Positions 12,901-23,876 of a stretch of DNA of 64,000 bases are shown one piece after another (position 1 is the first letter of the stretch; each line of letters opens with the position of its first letter). A program made the translations under genes and the position numbers. Location: contig OX597816.1 of the NCBI GenBank assembly GCA_951406725.2, positions 117,862,001 to 117,926,000 of the forward strand. The letters are read 5' to 3'. Under the pieces are notes generated by a model, which ran no database searches, was not told the DNA's origin, and was given only the letters and a program-made list of their open reading frames with translations. The DNA is from Octopus vulgaris. Its lineage: Eukaryota.

Positions 12901-13224
12901 CTTTACTGTCCGGCCGTTTCCTCTTGTATATATTTAGAGATAAAGATATGGAGAGAGATAAAGTAAAAGAGAGAAAGAAAGAGAAGTTTTATAAATTTGT
13001 AACGATCTACGAGTGGATTCACTGTACAGAGAAAGAGAAGGAGAAGAGCAAAGGAAAAGTTGTATAAATTGCTGAGATCTACGTGTGAATATATCTGTAT
13101 ATGAGACACAGAGGACGATCTATATATGTGTGTTTGAGTACATATCTATGATCTTTTTATAGATATATTCCCATGTACACACATAGATCAATAGAGAAAG
13201 TGTGTGCGCGCACGTGTATGTGTT

Positions 13225-13260
<36 letters not shown>

Positions 13261-13479
13261 TAAGAGATAGAGAGAGAGACGGAGAGAAAGAGAAAGCGTT
13301 TTTTATTTAACTGTTTCTTACTGTAAGGAGAGGTCAGAAGAGATATCAAGAGAAATTAAGCAATTAATCAATTGATTAATTAAAATACTAAAACGGACAG
13401 CAGCATGGATGTACCTCCAAAAGATAAAAAACATAAAAAGTTACCAATCGGTCTACGATTTTATCACACGTTTCACAAA

Positions 13480-13670
13480 TCCATGTGTTTAACCATAATT
13501 TAAAGGGCCAGTAATGTCATTGTCTTTGTCGCGTTGAACCTCCTTAACAATTATGTTAAAGATACGAATATCCGTGGCGTGCTCAGTCACTTGCAAATTA
13601 CTTACATGAGCGAACTGTTCCATTAATCCGACCAACTGGAACACTTGTCGTAACTGATGAAGTGTCAGTC
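13480..13670 (+). mobile_element. SINE family D, degraded 3' part
   Basis: Similar to the reverse complement of 54440-54610. Confidence 0.55.
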
Positions 13671-14014
13671 AAGTTTAATATGGTAACTGTGGCGTAGGAG
13701 GTAATGAGAGACAAACTGACTTCAGATCACAAAGCGAGTGATTTGGGATTTATTTTCTTTCTTAGACAAGCATTTGGCAATAATAGACATCCATACAGGG
13801 CCCTTCAATATTCCAGCTACTGGCCCACAGAGCGGTAGAGAGAGGGGGAAGGTGAAAAGATGGCGGAAAAGATGTGCCAGGGTGTACCCTACGTATATTA
13901 AAATTCTATTAACTGAATTGTTACGGCTGTTAAAGCATTGAATTACTTCATTTTGAAGTGAGATATGGGAATGTAATATTTTAAGAGGTGAACAAGAAAC
14001 TGTGTGTATCTGTT

Positions 14015-14066
<52 letters not shown>

Positions 14067-14082
14067 CTCTCTATATATATAT

Positions 14083-14772
14083 GAGAATATAAAAAATTGG
14101 ACAAGAACACAAAACATCCAGACAGTTAGATGATACAAAAAATGGACAAGAAAAAACAAGGACGGGTCATTCGGAGTTTTCTTTTATCAGACAAGTTCCA
14201 GATTAGATTTGCAGTTTCGGCTGGTTATACTCGTAACTGCTCCAATCTGGCCAGCCCCAAGGAAAATCTAAGCTTAGAGCACTAGATTCCTTGGAAGAAA
14301 GCAGCGAATGTATACGAAAACAAGGACGGAAAAAAAACGGAGAAATGGTACACAATTACAAATGCAAATAACAAGACATTAACAACAGGTGTCTTTCAAC
14401 TAAGGACGAATTAAATTAAGCTGGCGTGTGTGGAAGTGAAGCCTTACGGCAGGGACATAAGGGATGACAGGCATGTGAAGAAATGTAGATGTTGCACGGA
14501 TAGTAGTCAAACCAAGAACGAAAGGTCAGGCTTCGCCGAACACCGGTCACGTGGAAGGAGAGGAGAGAGGTAGAGGCAGAGGGATAGAAGAACGAGGGAG
14601 GGACGAGAAAAAAAGAAGAGGGGCAGAGTGAAGTTAAAGAGGAGGGAAGGTGGGAATGAAGGGAAGGCCAGGAAATGTGAGAGAGGGGAAGCGAAAGAAA
14701 GCAGAGTGGAAAGAATGAAGTGTGAAGGGGCTGATAAAAATAAAGAACGAAAGAATAAGAGAGTCGTACAAA

Positions 14773-14775
<3 letters not shown>
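14083..14775 (-). mobile_element. putative Penelope-like terminal or non-autonomous repeat between (TA)n tracts
   Basis: Discrete island, pyrimidine-rich on the minus strand; no protein motif found. Confidence 0.35.
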
Positions 14776-14830
<55 letters not shown>

Positions 14831-15254
14831 TTACATGTATGTATATGTATATGTATTTATGCATTTGCATGTATGTATGTATGTGTGAATGTGTATGTGC
14901 ACACATGTATGTATACACGCGCGCGCGCGCTCACACATTCATTGTGTCTGAATTAACTTATGCTGTTGTATGATGATTCTCTTTCAACAAATTAACAAGC
15001 ACGCGCATGTTATATTTCCTGGATAGCATCAAGTTTTCTTCTGATGTATATACATGTGTGTGTATGTGTGTGTGTGTGTGTATGTGTGTGTTTGATATTG
15101 CAAAATAGAACTCAAAACATGAGTATAAATGTAACCAAAGCAACTTCGGTTACGATATTGTGGATCATAAAAGTAAAAACACCTTAGCTTTAGATATAAG
15201 CGTTCTATCCTAGGTGTCAATACTTACGTCTGTTCAATGTTATTAATTAAGCAA

Positions 15255-15432
15255 GGCGGCGAGCTGGCAGAATCGTTAGCACACCGGGCAAAATGCTTAA
15301 CGGCATTTTGTCCATCTTTACGTTCTGAGTTCAAATACCGCCGATGTCGACTTTCCGATGGGGTGGATGTAATCGATTTACTCATCTCCAGAAATTTGCT
15401 GGCGTTGTGCCAAAACTTGAAAACCAATATTA
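15255..15432 (+). mobile_element. SINE family B (GGCGGCGAGCTGGCAGAA head)
   Basis: A-box-like TGGCAGAATCG and B-box GAGTTCAAAT; homologous to 34346 and 45610. Confidence 0.8.
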
Positions 15433-16200
15433 TCTCAGAGGGAGAACAATTTCAGTTTAATAAATAATATTCTTTCAAAGTGTTTTCATAAACCAAAACA
15501 TCAGATATGTATTTTACAAAAGAAAACACCACAGAAGAATTTTTAATAAGTTTGTGACACTTTTGTATTTGAGAGATGTGTTTGGGTTTTTATATTTTGG
15601 TTTTCTTTGTCATTACTTATCTCTTTTTCTTTGTCACATTAGAGGCTGTTTATTATATATGCATTTGGGAAGGGAGAGTTCTAGAAATCTTTTGAAATTT
15701 TATGACATATTGTTATGCATTCTTCTAGTCGCTTTACTCTTCCTTTATCATCTCATTGTTTACTTCTTTAATATCGTTGTATTCTGTAGTAGTTGAGCTT
15801 GAAATGACGGCTTGTGACTGTCCTAAAATGCATGATATTAATAAGAGTGCATTACACTGTTATTCATGTTAGTTTTATTCAGCTCTTTTTTGTTTGATGA
15901 TTTTATTTTGAACGTGCTTTCCATTAAAACATTTTATCTTTATACATGAATCTAATTGAATGCTTCTGTTTTGCATTCATTATCACAACACACTTATTAA
16001 CAATTTCCTGTTTCGTTCCTATAATTTCGTTCGAAGATTAGAGACATAAAACTCGGAGTCACGAAATTTGAAGCTGCAGCTTGAATAAATATATATTTGA
16101 ATCATTACATTTAATATCAAAAAATCTTTTTCTTTCTTTCTGCCAGTGAAGTTTTTACATTCAATATTTTACATACACACACGCGCGCATGTATTTATTA

Positions 16201-16975
16201 ATCTTTACTCTTTACCCTTTTACTACTTTTAGCTCGAGATCTTTAGCCATGCTGGAGCACCGACGTTAGTTTTTCTCCACTTTCATCACTTGAAACTTCC
16301 TTTGATGTGCAGCATATGGTGAATGAGAGAATTTGATGTTGCTGCTCTTATTTGCATTTCCACCGCAACGTAGGTTCATCTGAAACTCATTGCAGGAGGA
16401 AATCCTATTTTGTTTTGAAGACACCTACACCCACCCATGTAAGTCTCTCAGACTTTTGGGGTGGATATCGAAGACCTGTGGGTTCTTGAAATCCAAGCTG
16501 TTACAGTATCTGGTCCTGATGGCAATGTTGGGATCTCGTTCTGCTGTTTGTGTAACTTTCAATGTCAAATTTTGGTACAAGTCCTTCCAGGATTTTATAG
16601 ATGTATACACTGCGTATCTTTTCCGTCTTCATTCTAGGGAGTAGTGTGTTAACATTTTCACCACCACCCCCAGTAGCTGACATGTCGGGCTGCGACTATC
16701 TTTGTGTAGTTTCGCTATATTGCCGCGGCTTCCGCCATCAATTTTACACTGTGTAGAGACCATAGTTGGGAGCAGTAGTCCAAACGACTGAAGATAAATG
16801 TCCTTCAGAGGACCATCATGATTTTCTGTTCTCTCGTTGTGAATCTCCTGAAAGTTCTAAGGAGCCATCCGGCCAGCCGCCTGCACCTTATTGCTAACTC
16901 AATAATATGCACCTGGAGAAATGCATCATTCCTCATGTCAATGACCAGGTCGCACATTGATTTTGATTCAGAGAT
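16201..16975 (-). mobile_element. 5'-truncated old copy of the CR1/L2-group LINE (RT C-terminus and 3' UTR)
   Basis: CRRLAGWLLRTFR, YIYKILEGLVPKFDIESYTN, PKSLRDLHG; tail GTGCTCCAGCATGGC followed by (GTAAAGA)n. Confidence 0.85.
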
Positions 16976-17149
16976 CGTAATTCTTCCTGGGCTAGTGTAC
17001 CATATTTGCATTTCATGCAGCTTCGTGTGTGTGTTTGTGTGTGCGTGTGTGTGTGTGTGTAAACATACATACGTACGTACGTAAATACATACATACACTC
17101 ACACAGACACGCACACACACACACACACATATATATATAATAAAGTACA

Positions 17150-17310
17150 GAATAGTTGTGTGGTAAGAAGCTTACTTCCCAAACACATGGTTCTGGGTTC
17201 AGTCCCGCTGCGTGATACCTTGGGTATGTGCTTTCTACTACAGCCTTGGGTCAACCAAAGCTTATTAAGTAGATTTCGTAGGCAGAAACTGAAAGAAGCC
17301 TGTCATGTAT
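17150..17310 (+). mobile_element. SINE family A, 5' half (split by a LINE)
   Basis: Head to GAAACTGAAAGAAGCC; the 3' half resumes at about 18385. Confidence 0.8.
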
Positions 17311-17321
17311 ATATATATATA

Positions 17322-18350
17322 TAAACTTAGATAAAACTTAGATATGTTTCGACCAAAGATTGGTCCAGGCCATGTCTAACTTAATAGTACCACCTGATAG
17401 GATTATCTAAATCCTGTTTAAATCAAGTTTTCTTTATGGTCCATTCAAGTAGTGAGTTTTTGTTGGTTGAGTTGTATCCAATTATGGGTGGCTTAATCTG
17501 GTATTCCTTGAAGGAATCTATCCAAACTCCGTTTAAAGTTGATGGGATTCTTTTTTTCTTTGATCTCTTTCGGGACAATCTTAAATAGGGCTGGGCCTGT
17601 TGAGGAAAAGAAATTATGTTGCAGTGTACATGTATGCTGTGATCTTGAATTGGGTAGGGGACGTATGGCCCGTGGTCCCAGTCTTGGATGAACCTTGAAG
17701 CTAATGTTCAGGTCGTTTGGGCAAAGATGGCGGTATATTCTCCACATCGTACAAATGATGTACCGCTCACGGCGACGCTGGAGAGAGTAGAGTTTCAAGG
17801 CTTTAAGGCGGTCCCAATAATCGAGAGCAGCCATGCCTTCAATTCGCTTAGTGAGTGCCCTCTGGGGTGATTCAATCCTCGAGATGTTTTGTCTTGTATG
17901 GGGAGACCACAGTGGGCATCAGTATTCGAGGTGTGGCCGTACAAAGGAGGAGAAAAGTGGTATGATGACACCTTGTTCTCTGGACCGGAAAGTTCTTAAG
18001 ATCCAGGAACTCATCCTACGAGCTATATCGACCTTCTTGTTGATGTGTGCACTCCAACTGAGATCGTCATCAACAATTACACCCAGGTCTCTGATATTGT
18101 TAGAGGCTGTGAGCGGTTCCCCTGAAGGAAGAGAGTATGGCTGTTTTAGTGAGGAATTTCTTCCAAAATGCATCAGCTCAAATTTTCCCTCGTTCAGTTG
18201 CATTTTGTTTCTGTCTGCCCATTGACTCACAGCTTATAGATCAGACTGGAGTTGAGTTCGGTCTGCTTCTTCATTGACGATTTGCTGGAGCTTAGCGTCA
18301 TCAGCAAATATTTTCACTTTGCAGTAATGTACGACACTGGAAAGGTCGTT
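17322..18350 (-). mobile_element. 5'-truncated CR1/L2-group LINE of a second family (RT C-terminus, 3' UTR, (TATCTAAGTTT)n tail)
   Basis: FADDAK, WADRNKMQLNEGKF, RDLGVIVD, VRPHLEY, YWDRLKALKLYSLQRRRERY. Confidence 0.9.
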
Positions 18351-18384
18351 TATGTAAATATATATATATATATGTTTATATATT

Positions 18385-18590
18385 TATGTATGTGTGTCTT
18401 TGTGTTTGTGTTTGTCCCTCCCACCATCTCTTGACAACCGATGTTGGTGTGTTTATGCCTCCGAAACTTAGCGGTTCGGCTAAAGAGCATGATAGAATAA
18501 GTACTAGGCTTACTAAGAATACTAAGAATAAGTCCTGGGACCGATTTCTTCGACTAAATGCGGTTCTACAGCATGGCCCCAGTCAAATAC
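18385..18590 (+). mobile_element. SINE family A, 3' half
   Basis: CTTGACAACCGATGTTGG...GCATGGCCCCAGTCAAAT. Confidence 0.8.
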
Positions 18591-18933
18591 TGGAGCACCA
18601 CCTTTAGTCGAAGAAATTGATCCCAGGACTTATTCTTTGTAATCCTAGTACTTATTCTATCGGTCGCTTTGCTGAACCGCAAGATGACGGGAACGTTAAC
18701 ACACTAACATCGGTTGTCAAGAGATGGTGGAGGGACAAACACAGACATACAAATACATACATACAATCATACATACATACATATATACGACGGGCTTCTT
18801 TCAATTTCCATCTATCGAATCCACTCTCAAGGCTACAGTATCAGACACTTGCCCAAGGTGACACGCAGTGGGACTGAACCCGGAACCATGTGATTGGGAA
18901 GCAAGCTTCTTACCACACAGTCACTCTTGCGCC
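18590..18933 (-). mobile_element. SINE family A, fused tail-to-tail with the previous copy
   Basis: Reverse complement of family A ending at CACTCTTGCGCC. Confidence 0.85.
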
Positions 18934-19592
18934 TATATATATATAACATATATATGCAATATGTATTATAATATATATAATATAGTATGTATGTATGTAT
19001 GTATGTATGTATGTATGTATGTATGTATGTATGTATGTATGTATGTATGTATGTATGTGTGTATTATGTATGTATGTGTGTATTATGTGACAGAGAGAGA
19101 ACAAGAGAGTGAATGAGTGAGTGAGTGAATGAGTGAGTGAGTGAGTGAGTGAGTGAGTGAGTGAGTGAGTGAGTGAGTGGGTGTGTGCGTGTGTGTGTGT
19201 GTTGTTCAAATATTCAATACGGAATATCCCAAATGTCTGAGTTAAAATTTCAGAGCTCAATTTTGACATTCATTCTTCCGGAGTCAATATAATAGTACCG
19301 ATCCAGGGCGGTAGATTAGCGGAATTCTAGTCTGAGATGCATCTCAGATTTATTGTCTCTCTCTATTATGGTCCTTCCGGCTTTAAATTGGAAAAAGGTT
19401 AGTTGAGTACGAAATTGATAGTATTTTCTCTTTGAAATATATAATAATTATAAGTATCAACATATCATATAGACAAAATTCTCGCTCAACCCACGTAATC
19501 CTTTTCTGTATTAGAATATCTTCCTTGTACCCGACTACACGTGGCCTGAAGAACAGAGAGTATAGGATAGCATAGTAAGATACTTAATAGTA

Positions 19593-19805
19593 TTGATTTC
19601 AAATTTTGGACAAGGCAAGCAGTTCCGGGGTAAGGGTTAAGTCGATTACAATGAATCACAATATTCCACTGATGCTTATTTTATTAATCCCGAAATTATG
19701 AAAGGCAAAATTGATTTCGGTGGAATTTGACTTCTGAACGTGAAGACGGACGAAATGCTGCTAAGCATTTTACCCGGCGTGCTAGCGTTTCTTCCAGCTC
19801 GCCGC
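19593..19805 (-). mobile_element. SINE family B
   Basis: Ends with CCAGCTCGCCGC, the reverse complement of the head. Confidence 0.75.
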
Positions 19806-20520
19806 TCTCTTCTTCTATGGTAATATTAAAAGGTTTTTGAGTTTACGAAAATTACAACTCAGTTCAGTTCTCTTACCAGAGCAAATAAACAAAGTGCAAA
19901 TAAACAAAGTCATTTTAAAGGTACTGCATAAATTCCACCACCACCGTCACCAATCTTCAGAATAGATCGCGAAATAGCAGTCGAAAGTGTCGTGCTTAGG
20001 TTGACTAGTGAATATCTGCTACTGTAGAGTGTAGCTGAGAATCGTCATTCATATCTACTTTCGAACAGTATACGAAACAACTGATAAAACAGTTTCCTAT
20101 TCTTGTGTTTTAGTTCGTTGATTTTATTTTTTGTATGAAGTACTATTGCAATATTTCTTTTTTTTTATCTATTTGATTTTATCTTCACATATCAATCTAA
20201 TTATAGGAATTGATGCAATTAGAAGTTTGTTCAGTGATATTATGATTGATTGACATGTTTTGCATTAATGGAATTGACAGAACTGGCAAAAGTTTACAGA
20301 TGTAAGAAAACTTTAATATAATTTCCAATAATGATTTATTGTATGAATGTTCTCAGATAAAATAAATTGGGACTAAATTTTAAAAATCCTTCGCTGTACT
20401 TTTCTTGATCGATTTATTGCTCTCTCTTTCTTTCTCCCTCTCTCTGTCTCGCTCGATCTCCCCTCCCTCTCTCTCTCTGTATATGTGCGGTGTCTGTGTA
20501 TAATATATATATATATATAC

Positions 20521-20551
<31 letters not shown>

Positions 20552-20561
20552 TAATGCTGTC

Positions 20562-20690
20562 TCTTACTCTTTTACTCTTTTACTTGTTTCAGTCATTCGA
20601 CTACGGCCATACTGGAGCACCGCCTTTAGTCGAGCAAATCGCCCCCAGGACTTATTCTTTGGAAGCCTAGTACTTATTCTATCGGTCTCC
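20562..20690 (-). mobile_element. SINE family A, 3' fragment
   Basis: (CTCTTTTA)n + GTTTCAGTCATT...GGAGCACCGCCTTTAGTCGAG. Confidence 0.85.
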
Positions 20691-22589
20691 TTTTTCTCCC
20701 TATGGACTTTGTGTGTCACAATGCACATCCCCTCCAAGTGACGCCAATAGGTACCAGAAACGTAGTTTCGGTGCAATTTTTTTCTCCTCGGTGATAGATA
20801 CTCCCCTGTTCATTTGTAGCTGTACAAGAGCTTCTTGTAACTGTACAAGAGCTTCCTATATAGAAAACATAAAGCAAAACCTCAAACAAGACTTTTGCTG
20901 TAGTGTGCTGAGGTTTCAATGCTGGAGTCAACTCAGTAATATCATCAAAACATGGAAATAAAAATGTTGGTGCGTACATTTATTCTTAACATGCTCCTGC
21001 ATACTGAAGTGTAACAGCATTCGCTGCAGATTTTTTTTCTCGGAGAAGAAACGTCTCCCATTAGAGTTTGTGCGTAAAAGAACACCAAACTTCAACGTCA
21101 GCGAACTATAAGTTACGGGATTTCAGAGTTATTTTCCTTCCGTTTTTAGTAAGAAAAGCAGTTTCTGTTTAGCTTCAAATGGAAAGGACAGTACCTTTCA
21201 TCGAGGAAGCAAAATCACGCAAAATGTAACGAATTGTCAGCAGGGAAACTGATCGTTTGGGTGGAAATCTGCTATAAGCACGCCATATAATTCCTCATAA
21301 CGTCTTTTGATTTTGGAATTTTCAGCAAGTTTTTGAGAACTTGTATTCTATACAGAGGAATTCGTATGATTATGCAAAATCTAAAGAAAAAAAGATTTTT
21401 GTGTGTAATTTAAGGGCTATTTAACTGCTATTTTTAGCACATCTCACGACCACCTGAGACATTCCTTGATTCTTTGTCCCTCTGACATATTGTTGTTTTT
21501 TAATATCTTTCTCCCTATAAACATATTTTTTTAGTATATTGCTGGGATTTAAGCAAAAAATTCGGACTGTCCATATTTATAAACTCTGAATTAAAAAAGA
21601 AATCGAAAAATTTTTAAATAATTGAAAAATTAAGAGAAAAAAATTCTTTTAATAGTTCGGAAAATAAAATATAAAAAAATATTTCATAGTCGTGTGAATT
21701 GCCCCCTGTAGAACACAAATGCGCAAACATTTTCTGAAAATTGCAAAAAATACAAAAAGGTTACGAAAGGTTATATGGCGTGCTTATAACAGCTGATGCT
21801 AGTTGACATAAACTTTTAGCGTGCTCAGTATCAGCTGAGATTCGAAAAGCTAAAAAAATTCGTATTTTCGAAAAGTGTCTCGCCACAAATGGAAATCTCA
21901 ACATTTTTGGAAACATTCTAGAGTGATGATATAGGTGAGCATAAAACGCGTGATTTAAAAACTGATATGTTGATGTCTTATGTGGTTGTGACAAGCTGAA
22001 GTGAAAGTGTAATAGGAAGATTTTGACTCTTCCCTATCTATCCACCCTCCATCTATATATTCCAAACAAGGACAATATCCAAAACGATATAGTTAATTCT
22101 TTCTTCTCCGAGTGTCAACCGAGTAGTTTTGATCGTGAATCTGTCTTGATTTGGTTTTTCTTTTTTTTTCTTCTTTGTCTTTTCGCATACTTTTTATGGC
22201 ACGCTCACGCAGACCTATTTATCCTTTGCAAACAGTCCACTTCCCATGTTTCCATTTTGTTGCACCATACATATACTTCTATCTTGAATTGGAAAATTAG
22301 CAGAATATATTTTCGTTGGACAACTTTATCGACAAACAAAACTCGGCTTCCTTAAATACAGAACTTTTTAGTGTCAGATTTTCAAATCATTGACGTCGTT
22401 TTGCAACTCTTCGTATATATTCAAGGCCTTTCAATCCTCTTCATACACAATATAGCAACATATCTATAGAATTGGCAGTTGCAAGTCCATGTACAATAGC
22501 ATCTCTTTTCACTGCGCTCTCTACTCTCTCAGAAACTTTCTGATCTCTTCAAATCTCTTCAATGCTCGGCAATATACTTTTCCAGTTTA

Positions 22590-22790
22590 AGGCGATGTGC
22601 TGGCAGAATCTTTATCAAGCCGGGCAAAATGCTTAGCGGCATTTCGTCCATCTTTACATTCTGGATTCAAATTCCATCGAGATCGACTTTACCTTTCATC
22701 CTTTTGTGGTCGATAAAATAAGTACCAGCTGAGCACTGAAGTTGATGTTGTCGACTTAGTCCCGTCCCTGAACTTGCTGGCTTTGTACCA
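22590..22790 (+). mobile_element. SINE family B
   Basis: GGCGATGTGCTGGCAGAATC...GATCGACTTTACCTTTCATCC...AAGTACCAG. Confidence 0.8.
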
Positions 22791-22800
22791 AAAACATCGG

Positions 22801-22837
<37 letters not shown>

Positions 22838-23010
22838 CACACACACACACACACATATCTTCACACCTTGTACCAAAGTCATCGGATATATGTATATATA
22901 AATATATATAGATAAAACTTACTTGGAAAAGGATGCGTAGCATTCGATCATATAATAATATAAATAATATATAAATATATGCATATATACATACAGATAT
23001 ATGTACTTAC

Positions 23011-23094
<84 letters not shown>

Positions 23095-23097
<3 letters not shown>

Positions 23098-23386
23098 TAC
23101 ATGCATATATAGGTACAGGACATAAAAAAGCGTTGAACACAATGAGGATTATATTTTCGTTGGACCACTTTATCAACAAACAAAACTCGGCTCCCTTAAA
23201 TACAGAACTTTTTAGTGTCAGATTTTGATGCGAAACATTCCTTGTGTTGTATGTCTTGTATTATGTTTTTTTTTTCGTTTTTTCGTTGTTTGAAAAGAAG
23301 TTTGTTTCTATGTTTTGTTTTTATGTTTTCGTTTCTCATTGTGTTCCACGTTTTTTTTATATCCTGTACCTATATATGCATGTATA
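23095..23386. repeat. foldback element with about 50-bp inverted termini
   Basis: ATGCATATATAGGTACAGGACATAAAAAAGCGTTGAACACAATGAG vs CTCATTGTGTTCCACG...ATCCTGTACCTATATATGCAT. Confidence 0.7.
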
Positions 23387-23468
23387 TATACATATATTTG
23401 TAGGTATGTACATATATGTATGTATATGCATATATTTATATATTATTTATATTTTATATATATATATA

Positions 23469-23876
23469 CAGCGCACACGGGTGTGTATGTTCTACCTGAG
23501 AGGTTCCTGCTGGCATGGAAAGGAAGGTGCAGGCTGCCGCTTTGCACATCGGGGACCCTGCCACAGAGACACGAGGCAGATGGACAAACCATCAACACAA
23601 AGAAAAGGGATGGACCACGCACCACCTGCCCCAAAGCGGAGGTACGCAGATGTTGTGCGCGCCACAAACAGCCAACATGATGTTGTCGAAAGAGCAGCTG
23701 CTGAGCAACAATCTTTTTTGTGCATGGCACAAAAGATTGTACAGCAGCTGACCTGGCTTCATCAAACCCAAGCCCGCAGGTGGGACTACCCACTATATAC
23801 CAGACCACCACAGCAAACAGACACAGGATGGACACCGCCGGCAACAACGTACACCTCACCTCGATACTCCTACTGA
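23469..23876 (+). pseudogene. LINE ORF1 C-terminal part with CCCH zinc finger
   Basis: CMFYLRGSCWHGKEGAGCRFAH at 23484-23549; frame ends at TGA 23874-23876, overlapping the ORF2 start. Confidence 0.75.

Noticed and set aside
20695-21330. Possible hAT transposase relic
   Set aside because: No motif readable with confidence
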